A stretch of DNA of 64,000 nucleotides from Eledone cirrhosa (taxonomy: Eukaryota): NCBI GenBank assembly GCA_964016885.1, contig OZ024741.1, positions 321,284,001-321,348,000 on the forward strand. Reading direction: 5' to 3'. The stretch's first letter is position 1, and each line of letters opens with the position of its first letter. Below, piece after piece: positions 28,591 through 42,899 of this stretch. The position numbers and the translations under genes were made by a program. The notes beneath the pieces are model-generated. The model saw only the letters and a list, made by a program, of their open reading frames with translations. It was not told where the DNA came from and did no database searches.

Positions 28591-28744
28591 GAAGTAATTC
28601 CGTCGGAAAAGTCCAGGAAAAAAGAGTGCTCTATGTAGGTAACAGAGCTTAATAGTTATGTAATAAACAACATAAGGCAATTATTCCATTTACCAGTGGT
28701 TTCAATCCTCAGAATGAAAAAATCCTGGTCTGTTTATTGAATTT

Positions 28745-28779
<35 letters not shown>

Positions 28780-28897
28780 CAAATTCAATAAACAGACCAG
28801 GATTTTTTCATTCTGAGGATTGAAAGCAAAATCTTTTGCTTTTAAGAAACCACTGGTAAATGGAATAATTGCCTTATGTTGTTTATTACATAACTAT
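28587..28897. mobile_element. PLE fold-back footprint (family D)
   Basis: 28653-28750 is the reverse complement of 28775-28897 around a T-run. The left arm carries a tail also found alone at 33020-33055 and 33210-33278. Confidence 0.85.
28806..28865 (+). ncRNA. Canonical type-I hammerhead ribozyme
   Basis: tttcatt-CTGAGGA-ttgaaagcaaaa tc ttttgcttttaa-GAAACC-act-GGTA|aatggaa. Cleavage after 28858. Confidence 0.85.
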
Positions 28898-29287
28898 ATA
28901 TATATATATACAGTATATATATTTATATATATATATATATACGTATATATATATATAAATATATATACTGTATATATATATATATAGTATATACGTATAT
29001 ATATATATATATAAGTGAACGAGATATCGTTTTGGGTTACTTTGTATATATTTATTTATTAATATAGATAAACAGTGAAATTTCGGTTGAATGGAAATGT
29101 TTTTAGAAATGTAGAAGATCTCTAACACAAGAAAATACCTCTGGCTACAGCTTAGAAAATCGCATAAAATACCTCAATAGATGGAAAACGTGTTCAACAA
29201 CCGCTACAGAAAATCGATTCTCTATTACGGCTGCTAGCCACTTTTTCCATCTATAGGGGTATTTTACCCGATTTCCGAAGCTGCATC

Positions 29288-29385
<98 letters not shown>

Positions 29386-29635
29386 TAGAATCCCGGAGAT
29401 TTGAAATTCCTTTAAAGTTTTTTATTTTTGCAGACACTATTTGTATTTCAATGGCCAGTATAATTCCAACGACACCATCAGGTGTATTGCATAACAGTCA
29501 TAAAGGTATCATTGTGAACAGAAACTGGGTACACGGAGACAGAAAGTAAAAATAAAATTGGAGATATTTGACTCAGGGGTGGTCTACGACCAGATGGTTA
29601 GACTACCAACTACAATGAATATATATATATATATA

Positions 29636-30100
29636 CTAGCAGTTGTACCTGGCGTTGCACGGGATAAGGTATTTTGGAACGCGGGTCGCCAACATACTTA
29701 ATCGTGGAAAAACTGCATGCCTGAACAATATGTAAAGAAAATAAACCGAATACTCTGATGGCTGGATAATCTAATATTTTCCTCGATGAAGCAGGAAAAA
29801 GGCAGGTTTTCACCTAATACGGCCCTAGGGGATCAAGAAAATTATTTTTTTTATGTGCATAATATGCCTTGAAATTTCGGGAAAAATCGGCTAGACGTAA
29901 CGCCTCAAAAAAGCCCTAAAAACCTGAAAAAAATGAAGTTTTTCACCTAATGCGGGCCCTACGCCATAAAAAAAGTTGGATTTTCGTTGCTCACGGTATG
30001 AAGAAGAGACTGACTAATACATAGTTACAATTTCAAGGAATTCGGTCTGACGTAACGCCTCAAAAAATCCTAAAAAGCTGGAAAAAACGCAGAGAGATAG
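29636..30100 (-). mobile_element. Non-autonomous Helitron (3' part)
   Basis: The - strand ends cccgtgcaacgccaggtacaactgCTAG|T. Internal direct repeat gacgtaacgcctcaaaaaa. Confidence 0.8.
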
Positions 30101-30106
30101 ATAGAT

Positions 30107-30298
30107 AAGTTTATCCAGGGTTCAATCGGGGGTAACCACAGTAAGTAAGGTACTCAATACATGGCATAGTATAAATATTTAATATAGAAATGGCTTCTAC
30201 AGGATTAGAACTTTTCATTCGGGAGAAATCATCAGGGAGTTTCCTGCTGATTTCTCGCGAATAAAACAGTTCTAGTCCTGTAGAAGCGATTTCTATAT

Positions 30299-30303
<5 letters not shown>
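30107..30303. mobile_element. PLE fold-back footprint (family B), both hammerheads mutated
   Basis: 30175-30237 is the reverse complement of 30241-30303. The left arm carries the tail. Confidence 0.8.
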
Positions 30304-30367
<64 letters not shown>

Positions 30368-30868
30368 GTTCATTTCGATTCCCTGACCGGACGATGCATT
30401 ATGGACTTGAGCAAGATACTTTATTTCACGTTGCTCCTTCTACCTGGAGTTGTGACAGATAGATAGTATGAGCAATTGGAAAGACCGTCGAAAACATTGT
30501 TTCCTCGGTCCGATTTGACGAAAGTTGATCGATCCTTCATATATACGTTTTTGTATGTGTGTACGTATATTTGTATGTAAATATGCAAGCATGCCTGTAC
30601 GGGTAGATGAAAGTATTTGTTTAGTCCTAGATCAACAACACCTATGATCAGAAGTGCATGACATGCACCACAATGCAGTGTTTTTTGGATTGCAAAACGC
30701 AAACAATGTTTCCGTTGGTCTTTCCAATTGCTAGTACTATCTATCGGTCGCAACTCCAGGTAAAAGGAGCAACGCGAAATAACGTGCCTTGCTCAAGGAC
30801 ATAACGCATCACCCGGTCCAGGAATCGAACTGACAACCTCACGATTGCGAACTAACCAACCCGCCTTC
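30368..30868. mobile_element. Tail-to-tail inverted pair of tRNA(Arg)-like SINEs
   Basis: 30368-30535 (+) and 30700-30868 (-) both match the SINE at 45659-45868. Confidence 0.8.
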
Positions 30869-30942
30869 ACATATATGTGTGTGTGTGTGTGTATATATAT
30901 ATGTGTACATATATATGTATATATATATATCATATATATCAC

Positions 30943-31009
<67 letters not shown>

Positions 31010-31503
31010 CCAGCGCAGTAACCTGTGCAGGGCAATTTTCACCATAGAATGATTTTTTATTTTATTTTATTCCATGTCAGACCATGTTTCCCCCGTGCCT
31101 GATTTCCTGTCACCTGTTCCCCGTGGCGCGCCAATCGACCATAAAATGGTTTCTTTGGAAATTTACTCAGTGGAAGTAGTATTAGTGGCTTGTTGTGTAC
31201 TTTAACGTGAGCGTCTTCCCGTAAATATCGGGCAAGCTCTGTGAGAATAACTCTCTGCCTCATAAAGAAAACAATGCTTCCTGCTGGCGGCATGGATGGA
31301 CGGAATAATAAGATCACGTTGAAGGAATGCATGAGATGATCGATAAAAGCTTGACTATTTCAATTGTCACAGTAACAGTGATTGATAGTAGTACTATTGT
31401 CTGTTTTTTTTTTTTATTTATTTTCGGAATTAAGAAACTGCGTGAGCCCAAAAACCTTCTCCTGGGAAAGCAGGTTTCAAAAATCAAATTTATTTTTCTC
31501 TAG

Positions 31504-31521
31504 GACGTACCAAGGACACAG
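31504..31521 (+). other. Candidate 18-nt microexon
   Basis: tttatttttctctag|GACGTACCAAGGACACAG|gtacat. Confidence 0.25.
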
Positions 31522-31565
31522 GTACATACAAACACACATATACTCTCAAATATATACATACATAT

Positions 31566-31599
<34 letters not shown>

Positions 31600-31844
31600 A
31601 TACACACATACACATAGGTAGATAGGTAGGTAGGTAGTTTTGTATGTATGTGTCTGACTTTGTGTTTACGTTAACTGTTTGTTTATGTTTCGTAGCTTAG
31701 AGGTTCGACAAAAATTAATCGATAAAACATATTCCATATGAGAAAGAATAAATACAGGGGCTGATACGATCGACTAAATCACTTCAGGGCTTTGTGCCAT
31801 CATGGCCGCAGTCAAATGATTGAAACAAGTAAAAGCACACACCT

Positions 31845-31888
<44 letters not shown>

Positions 31889-31899
31889 GTATGTTTATG

Positions 31900-31937
<38 letters not shown>

Positions 31938-31961
31938 TATATGTGTGTGTGTATATATATG

Positions 31962-32012
<51 letters not shown>

Positions 32013-32027
32013 TTATATATACATATA

Positions 32028-32073
<46 letters not shown>

Positions 32074-32341
32074 TCTGTGTGTCTGTGAGTTAAGTTTGTA
32101 ACTACAGTTACAGGCGATGCTGTTACGATGTCGGTCTCTTGTTGGATTGGATTCCTTGTATATATAAACTCGCATATCAGATGTGATGTCGAGTAATTAT
32201 GATTGTACCCTGCTCTACAATTTATGTACATGTTATGTTTATTGCATATCGAAGTTTTTTTTTATATCTTGGTTGATATTTGATAATAACAGCTAAACTA
32301 ATCACTACAACCAAATTGACCAAATTTGCACACACACACAC

Positions 32342-32465
<124 letters not shown>

Positions 32466-32597
32466 CTTCATTCAGAAATGCTTCCACCACCCCTGCCCTG
32501 AGCTAATAGATATTGAAACAATTGCAATATACTAATAAAGTTTATAAATATGCTGCAACAGTGACTTCGGTCCTACTTTATACATATATATTATAAT

Positions 32598-32728
32598 GAG
32601 GCGAGACTCCACGGCTGAGTCCTTGCCGTTTCTATAGATAGTTCTATACTCTACTACCCGAAGTATCGAGCACTTTGCGAGTAATGGTCTAACTAGTTCC
32701 AAACTAATTCAATTCTTCCATTCTGATT
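32598..32728. mobile_element. Diverged family-A-like PLE footprint
   Basis: acggctgagtccttgccgtttc (stem III, - strand) plus tail actctactacccgaagtatcgagcactttg. Confidence 0.6.
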
Positions 32729-32853
<125 letters not shown>

Positions 32854-32890
32854 ATGTATATATATATGTGTGTGTGTGTGTATGTATATA

Positions 32891-32951
<61 letters not shown>

Positions 32952-32960
32952 ATGTATATA

Positions 32961-33022
<62 letters not shown>

Positions 33023-33052
33023 AATAAGCTCTGTAACCTACATAGAACACTC

Positions 33053-33114
<62 letters not shown>

Positions 33115-33123
33115 ATGTATATA

Positions 33124-33211
<88 letters not shown>

Positions 33212-33358
33212 AATAAGCTCTGTAACCTACATAGAACACTCCTTTTTCCTGGACCTTTCCGACGGAATTACTTCATTTATATATATATATATATGAGTGT
33301 GTGTGTATATGTGTGTATTCATATATATATATATGTGGTGTGTGTGTATGTGTGTGTA

Positions 33359-33430
<72 letters not shown>

Positions 33431-33495
33431 TATATCATAGATTGAGTTAGAAACTCAAAATAGTCTTTTACAATTAAATAGCTCTCATATATTCA

Positions 33496-33534
<39 letters not shown>

Positions 33535-34084
33535 ATCAGGCACACATATATATATATATATATATATAGCATTAAAACGATTATTAGACCTAACCACCGA
33601 GCATTCTACCTTCCTCTTACCTATGGAGAACTAAGTTGAATAACGGTTTTACTAGTCTTAACTATTAAAATCTCATCATTCTCTCTATCTATTTAGTGTG
33701 TGTGTGTGTTCATTTGTGTATCTTTGTGTATAAGCCATATAAGCTAACGAGAATGAAATCGTGTTTGTAATGATTATGCATTTGTGAAAGGTATTAAGCA
33801 ACGGTGGGAAAACTATGGTAATTTTGAATTTGAAACCGGCTCCCGAGATTCGATTCGCTTTGGATGTAAATTATATCACATCTCTCTATATATACATTAT
33901 ACAGATACCCGTTTCATACACCGTTACACTAAAATCCGCACACACAAACACACACAGAAGCAAATGCAAACACACTATATAGTTTATATATAAAACAGGG
34001 ATTCGACTATGTATATATACTCATGCAAACATGAACAAAACATTTAATTTTTTTTCACATGTACACATGAATAAACATTTACAG

Positions 34085-34133
<49 letters not shown>

Positions 34134-34273
34134 CGTGTGTACCTGAACAAGTGTAGTTATGATTCGTCTCTCTGCAACAACGTGGATCCGCATTCGAAAC
34201 CACAGCACAGTGCCTGGGACATGTGTTTCTAATTGTAGCCTCCTGTGGAATGTGGAACTGTGCAAAGGCGTCT

Positions 34274-34310
<37 letters not shown>

Positions 34311-34339
34311 ACATCATTGGATATCAACATCATTGTTCT

Positions 34340-34640
34340 TCTTTTTGGTAAATATCATCTTGGTTAAGAGAGTGGGACTGGCTTTGTGCAGTGCCTTTGC
34401 TCACTATAAAAGCTTCACGGCACAGGCATTGCTTTATATCTGGAGATCTCTCTGCACTTGTCGTCACATGGTACCATGGGCCCAGCACTATGTGTCAATA
34501 ATGGTCACAAGTGTAGTGTTTGTACCAGAGTTTTCAAGTCGCTGGCTGGACTAAAAAGTCACACTCGTTCAGCGCTTCGGTAGGGGTTCTCCTACATGGA
34601 TATAAAGTAGTGGCCGTACTCGAAAACGAGTTGGCAGCCA

Positions 34641-34643
<3 letters not shown>
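34340..34643 (+). mobile_element. Second, probably longer copy of the about 220-bp repeat
   Basis: 34422-34643 is near-identical to 16729-16948 and ends in (TA)n. Left boundary uncertain. Confidence 0.7.
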
Positions 34644-34674
<31 letters not shown>

Positions 34675-34751
34675 AGGGTTGACGGACCCAGCATATTTAT
34701 CAATACCAGTACCGGTTGTATCTCAGCGCACTCAATGGGCAATGTGTATGT

Positions 34752-34904
<153 letters not shown>

Positions 34905-35024
34905 TATTATTACTATTATTAGGTTAAAGGTTTAAGCATCCTTATGAGGGTGTAAGCAGAAATTTATTGCTTAAACTTTTAATCTCAGCTATAAATAAAT
35001 ATTTGCTCTACCGCTTTATATATA

Positions 35025-35082
<58 letters not shown>

Positions 35083-35111
35083 ACTCTCTGGGTTTTTCCA
35101 TTTGTTATAAC

Positions 35112-35193
<82 letters not shown>

Positions 35194-35274
35194 GCATTGG
35201 AATCTTGGAGCATATTTTACAGTGGATATGGCGCATGGCTCTCTGACATGATACCCTTAATTCAATTTAAATTT

Positions 35275-35316
<42 letters not shown>

Positions 35317-35344
35317 TGTATATCTATGAATGTATATATATATG

Positions 35345-35375
<31 letters not shown>

Positions 35376-35408
35376 ATGTGTGTGTCTATATGTGTGTGTG
35401 TGTTTGTG

Positions 35409-35443
<35 letters not shown>

Positions 35444-35646
35444 CTGTGTTTGTTTGTGATTGTTTGTGCGTGTGACTGAGAGGTGGAGAGACAGAGAAAG
35501 AGAGAGAGAGACAGACAGATAGACAGTTAAAAAGAGAATGTGTCGGTATGAATAGTTGTTTTCGCGTTTGTGCTTATGTTGTGTCCATTTGTGTCCCGTA
35601 ACCAGTAAAAGCATAAATATGTGTTGAGTGTATGTGTTTGCGCGTG

Positions 35647-35705
<59 letters not shown>

Positions 35706-35738
35706 GTAAATATACACACACACACAAACAAACACATA

Positions 35739-35791
<53 letters not shown>

Positions 35792-35794
<3 letters not shown>

Positions 35795-36030
35795 AAAAAG
35801 TATGACTCCGACGGATATATATATATAGGAAAAAGTATGACCCCGACGACAGAGATCAAGCCGTTTCAACGGCTATTTCTGGATTTCTGGACTAGTCCAG
35901 AAATAGCCGTCGAAACGGCTTGAGCTCTGCCGTCGGGGTCATACTTTTTCCTATTACCCACTCTACTACCCTAAGTATTGAAGACTCACGTGCGTTATGG
36001 TCCAGCTGGTTCCTTACCACAATTCCTTTA
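35792..36030. mobile_element. PLE fold-back footprint (family A subfamily) with a duplicated short-arm start
   Basis: aggaaaaagtatgac..cgacg occurs twice separated by (TA)n. Arms are inverted around ggactagtcc. Tail present. Confidence 0.85.
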
Positions 36031-36237
36031 TTATATATATATATAATATATATATATGAGTGTGTGTGTGTGTTTGTTTGTGTGTGTGTATATTTACATA
36101 TACATATATATATACATACACGCGCAAATACATACACTGAACACATATTTATGGTTTTATATATATATATATATATATATAAAAGTTATACATAAATAAA
36201 TTGATAGATATATGAACACACACACACCCACACCCAA

Positions 36238-36368
<131 letters not shown>

Positions 36369-36739
36369 TACATAACAATCGAAGACATTGAAACATTTCA
36401 GTTAATGAACATGTGGGTACGTGAATAATCTATATTTATCTCTATTTGCTTACAAATCCATATATACACACACACACACAGACACACACGCACACAGACA
36501 CACAGACACACAGACACACACATATATATATATATACATATCAATATATATATATACATAACAAAAGTAACTATTTATATAGCTAAAGAATACGCCAACA
36601 GTATATATATATATATATATGTATGTATATATATGTATATATATGTATATATATATATATGTATATAAATATATAATTATATATATAATTACATACAAGT
36701 GGTCACACATATATATATATATATGTGTATATATATAGA

Positions 36740-36803
<64 letters not shown>

Positions 36804-36822
36804 CATATACATATATACATAC

Positions 36823-36876
<54 letters not shown>

Positions 36877-36880
36877 CATT

Positions 36881-36960
<80 letters not shown>

Positions 36961-36961
36961 G

Positions 36962-36998
<37 letters not shown>

Positions 36999-37030
36999 TA
37001 TATATATATATATTTATATTTATATTTATT

Positions 37031-37151
<121 letters not shown>

Positions 37152-37191
37152 TCATATACATATATATATATATATATACATAATATACATT

Positions 37192-37230
<39 letters not shown>

Positions 37231-37260
37231 ATGTACATTATATATATATATATATATTTA

Positions 37261-37355
<95 letters not shown>

Positions 37356-37486
37356 ATATATAAACATATATATACATATATATTGTTTCTACTTTTGACA
37401 CAAGGCCAGCAATTATCCCAGTGAATTACTGGTACTTTATTTTATCGACCCCCTAAGGATGAAAGGCAAAGTTAACCTCATATATA

Positions 37487-37678
<192 letters not shown>

Positions 37679-37733
37679 CACATACAAGTGATGGAACATA
37701 CCTGTTTTGTTTTCTTTTCTTTTCTTTTCCCAG

Positions 37734-37757
37734 CATTCAACGTATCCCTAGCTGCAG
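37734..37757 (+). other. Candidate 24-nt microexon
   Basis: Long polypyrimidine tract plus cag|CATTCAACGTATCCCTAGCTGCAG|gtattt. Frame-preserving length, in a unique island among repeats. Confidence 0.35.
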
Positions 37758-37761
37758 GTAT

Positions 37762-37884
37762 TTGTGCTGCAGCTGCTATGGTGCTGTCGCTGCTGCAATC
37801 ATTGGTGTTGGTGGTGTAAAGTCCAAAGTTGCACTGCTTGTATGCCTACTGCTGTTTCTGCTGCTGTTACTGCTGCTGTTGCTG

Positions 37885-37924
<40 letters not shown>

Positions 37925-38750
37925 TGTTGCTGTTGCTGTTGTTGTTATTGTTTCTGCTCAATGTTATTGTAATTGCCACTACTGCTGTTGTTGTTGTTGT
38001 CGTTGTCGGTGTTGTTGTTGTTGTTGTTGTCAGTGTTGTTGTTCTTCTTCTTCTTGCTGTTGTTGTTGTTGTTGTTGTTGTCGGTGTTGTTGTTGCTGTT
38101 GTTGTCGTCGGTGTTGTTGTCGGTGGTGTTGTTGTTGTTGTTGTTGCTGTTGTTGCTATTGTTGTTTTAGCTGCTGTTGTTGTTGTTGTTACTGCTGCTG
38201 AAATTACTGTTGTTGTTGCTTATTATTATTGTTGTGGTTGTTACTGTTGTTGTTGTTATTGTTGTTATTGTTGTTATTGTTGTTTTTTTGTTGCTGTTAA
38301 TGTTATCATTGTTGTTGTTATTGCTATTATTGTTATTGCTGTTTTTTTTTTGTAATTGTTGTTTCTAATATTGTTGTTATTGTTGTTATTGTTGTTGTTT
38401 TTGTTGTTGTTGTTGTTATTGTTGCTTTTGTTTGTGTTGTTTTCGTTATTTTCGGCTGTTGCTGATATTGTTGTTATTGCACATGTAGTTGTTTTGTGGC
38501 CTTCTCATATTGTTGTTGTTGTTGTTATTGTCACCGTCGTTATTTTTCCGTATTTTTGCTTTTGTTATTTTGTTATTATTCTTGTTGTTTTGTTGTTATT
38601 GTTGTTGTTATTATTGTTGTTGTTATTATTGTTGTTGTTGTTATTGTTGTTGTTGTTATTATTATTGTTGTTGATATTCTTTTTTTTTATATTTCTGTTG
38701 CTGTTTTTATGGTGGAATTTGTTGTAACATGTTTTCTTGTCGTGTTGATC

Positions 38751-38798
<48 letters not shown>

Positions 38799-39009
38799 GT
38801 GGTGGTAGTGGTGGTGGTGGTGGTGACGATGATGATGATGGTGATGGTGATGGTGATGACGATGGTGATGATATTGGTGGTGGTGGTGGTGGTGGTGGTG
38901 GTGGCGGCGGTGGGGACGATGATGATGATGCTGCTGGTGATGGTGATGACGATGGTGATGATGATGGTGGTGGGGACGATGATGATGATGCTGATGGTGA
39001 TGGCGATGT

Positions 39010-39043
<34 letters not shown>

Positions 39044-39245
39044 GGTGGTGGCGATGTTGATGATGATATTATTACTGTAATTGCAGTTATCGTTGTTTTA
39101 TTGTAAACGTGTAAAGTTATTTTAGTTGTTGTTGACTGCTGCTGCTGTTGCTGTTGTTGCTGTTACTGTCGTTGTTACTTTAGTTACTGTTGTTGCTGGC
39201 AGTGGTGCTGATGATGGTGGTGGTGTTGGTGGTGGTAGTGGCTAC
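37762..39245. repeat. Mosaic trinucleotide microsatellite tract (GCT/GTT/ATT, then GAT/GGT)
   Basis: Direct inspection. Confidence 0.95.
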
Positions 39246-40398
39246 TTAGTCTGTCATTTCCGAGTATTGTTGATGATGTTTTTTAGCCTTCTACTACCAT
39301 GCCTCTTATGAAAGAAATTCCAGCCATAACCAGTGTATAATGTATCTAGGACTACATTATCCTGTGTATCCTTCCTTTTGTTTCAAACGGTGAAGTTATC
39401 TTTGAATATAACATATAGTATATGTTGTATATATTATATAAAATACACAATTTATGATATATCTATTACTTGATAAAATATATGGTATGATCATTTACAT
39501 ACTATACGCATTACATGAATTAAAAAAAAATTGGATGGCATGTATAATTATATGGTATATATTGTATACTACATCATACAGAATGTATCTAGTTGATGTA
39601 TATAATATATTGTAAGTATTCTATATATTATATAGTACATATTATAAAGTACATAAAAATAGTCTTTATAATATATATCAATAGTATATAAGGTATACAC
39701 TATATACATTACTAAATATAAAGTATATCTAGTTTGTTTACTAACCCAAGATGGGCCGTTTCAGCAGGCCTATGGTCATGCATATTCCCACCGTAGCCCT
39801 CCCGTCGGTTTTTCAGTTATTCTATATTTATATCAAAGAATATTACATTATTCAATGCACCTCTATTTTTAAGATGGTAGAAGTTATATCAGAAGCAGTT
39901 TGCCTTGAAGAACATTATCCCATGTGTGTATTCTAAAGACAGTAGGATGAGATTTGAGGAAGATTTGACTGCGATTTCTTGAGACTCTCTCATTCGATTG
40001 CTGGTGTTTGAATAGATTCTATTCTTCATACCACCACTAACTTTTTGTTACAACTCCCCCTTCAACTAACACCAACTTTGATTGCCATCAACGTCATCAA
40101 ATCACTACAACCACCAGCAATACCGTCTGTAATATCAGTGCTTCATATCATCTCAACCACCAACGCTACTTCTGCCACACACTAACAAACACCAACACAT
40201 TGTCCGACCGGCTTTTCAACCAACCCATTTCATTCTTGTCTTTTATAATATTACGTAATGTGTCCTTCCCTTTTTAGAATAAGGTATAGTTTAGGGGGGA
40301 GATTGCGCTGCTCTTTCTACCAGGATGAGTGAATTGTATATCTAAAACACACACACACATACATAGATATATATAGATATATATAGATATATTTAATA

Positions 40399-40441
<43 letters not shown>

Positions 40442-40648
40442 CACACACTATCAAATATATATACATACATTATACACATGTATATACATACATATATGTA
40501 TATACCCACACACACATACATATATATATAAATATGGATATATACCCACACAAACACATACATATATATATATAAATATATATATATATTATATATTATA
40601 TACATATATATATTTATATATATATATATATGGGTGTGTGTATATTAT

Positions 40649-40696
<48 letters not shown>

Positions 40697-40698
<2 letters not shown>

Positions 40699-40769
40699 AA
40701 TATAGATGAGATTCTACAGGACTAGAACTGTTTCATTCTTTAGAAATCATCAGGGATCATCAGGAATCA
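40697..40769 (-). ncRNA. Family B hammerhead remnant with a duplicated CTGATGA
   Basis: The - strand reads gattcCTGATGAtccCTGATGA-tttc taaa gaat-GAAACAG ttctagtc CTGTA|gaatc. Confidence 0.7.
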
Positions 40770-40788
40770 TATATATATATATATGTAT

Positions 40789-40869
<81 letters not shown>

Positions 40870-41559
40870 TTTATTTATAACGCCTCGAGAGACACCCAAC
40901 TGGATGATGATGAGATGATGATGATGTTAATAACGTAGTATTTTAATATATATTATAGTGTAGGCATTACCATATTATACAGTACATACAATATATACTG
41001 TATATTGTTTATAGCATATCTTGTGTATAATATACATTACATATTGTATCTCGTATATAATATAGCGTATATATTCTATCGTAGTATATCTAATATATAA
41101 TATATAATATACAGCATATATTACATTACTGAATATCTAGTATAAATATAGAACATATATTGTATCATAGTATATCTATTATATAATATAGAATATATTT
41201 TGTAAATGGTATATTAGGCATATAATATAAAGTATAAGCAGCGATCTGCAGAACCATTCGAGCATATGACAAAATGGTTTGCAGCATTTGTTTCGGCTTA
41301 CTACGCTCTGACTTTAAATCCAACCGAGGTTAAATTTGCCTTTCATCCTTTCAGGGTCGATAAAATAAAGTATCATTCCCAATTCGTCTAAGACTTCACA
41401 AATGCCAAATTGTAACGGCCCCGACCACTCCCTTGGAGATTATTGATAGCTTGGGGAGGGGGGGGAGACATATATGCATCATCTTACTCATAAACTTTCT
41501 CCGAGCCAGTGCCTTAGAAGTCCCAGGATGTGTATATATACATATATATATATGTGTGT

Positions 41560-41596
<37 letters not shown>

Positions 41597-41769
41597 TGTG
41601 TGTGTCTGTGTGTGTCTGTGTGTGTCTGTGTGTGTCAGTGTGGGGTGAGAGAAAGTGTGCGTGTGTTTTAATACATTGTATTATTCAAACATCTTCAGGA
41701 TTCTTTAAGTTTCATGAACATTATTGTTCAGGGCAGTTATACTCCAGTTATTTCTTCGTTTCTGTATTT

Positions 41770-42890
41770 CTTTTGCAAGATTTCTTATCTGTCAACTTGT
41801 GTTGAAATAGATAGTGTTATACTTTGGGAGGGTCATACTACCAATAAAAACACACGCACCTCTTGGTTTTCACTTCAATTTATAACACATTTCCATTTGT
41901 TCGGTTTAATAACCTGATGGTTGTTTTATTATTATCAGAGATCTTTCATCATACATTAGGTGACCTCCTCAGTGACTAATTTGTTATTTTGTGTCTCTCC
42001 TTTGTTCTGTCCTACACCATCTTGTTTCTGTGTGTTGTGTGCTGTGAAATTGGGTTACACCTGCGTTATATCCGGCTGTGTGTGTGTTTTTGTTTATTTA
42101 TATATTTATACGTTTATTTATTTGTCACTAGTTGGTTGCTTGTTCTATCTGTGTGTGTTTGGTTTGTTTTATAAGTTTGGTCCTGTGTGTTTCTGTATGT
42201 GTTTATCTTGTCCTTAATTACTAGTCGTGATGTTGTTGCTATTCCATTCATGTTTTCTATTTAATTTTGGTTAGAGTTCGTTTATGTTTGTCGCTTTTAT
42301 AATCTGTCGGAGCACTGCGTCTTTTCTGTATGTGGATATGGTTTTTATTTCTATGTTCCATTTTGGCATGTTGATGGAGTACTGATGAGTTCTTCCCGTC
42401 TTGGAGTTCTCGCCAGTGTTCGTTTATTCTTTCTCTTATGCTACGGGCTGTCCTACCTATGTAAGTTGTGTTCCTATTTCTACACTGTCCCTCCATACAT
42501 CTTATGCTATATACTACGTTCCTAGTTTTGCAGTAAATTTGCAGTTAATTTGTGGGCTTGATTTTCAGACTATACATTTCCTATCAGTGCAGGAATTTTT
42601 GTTGTTGTTTTTTTGTTTCCAAAAGGATACGTTCTTCTAATTAGGGCTTTTATGGAAATATTTGGTCTTTCAACTAACTTAATATTTAATTTCTATTTGC
42701 CTAATGCTAGTTCGTCTCTGGCGGTTGCATTGACGAACATAACACTCTGGTATTTATTGCTATCATACTAGGAGTTGACTTTATTAGTTTTCTTCTTAAT
42801 TCTTTCTATCTTTTTCCAAAGTTTTCTCCAATACATGCGGCAAGTCCCGAGTTGGAAGTATACAGTTGCTATTCTACGCGAAGGTGGTTT
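41770..42890 (-). mobile_element. Decayed PLE 3' part: Cys-rich linker, GIY-YIG endonuclease and pLTR
   Basis: KYQSVMFVNAT..., CTDRKCIV*KS..NC, NVVYSIRC...YIGRTARSIRERINEH, KHEWN. Terminus is related to family E. Confidence 0.85.
41932..41979 (-). ncRNA. Minimal hammerhead ribozyme in the PLE pLTR
   Basis: ttagtca-CTGAGGA-g-gtca cctaatgta tgat-GAAAG-at-CTC|tgataa. Stem III is the palindrome AGATCT. Confidence 0.7.
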
Positions 42891-42899
42891 AAGGATTAT

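Noticed and set aside
37762-39311. Long poly-Leu/Val/Cys/Asp-Gly ORFs that resemble membrane or acidic proteins
   Set aside because: Trinucleotide microsatellite open in several frames, with no gene structure.
41690-41740. Possible extra hammerheads here, at about 53600-53655 and at about 61380-61400
   Set aside because: Stem II and GAAA are visible, but the CUGANGA core or stems I/III are missing. Too degenerate to call.
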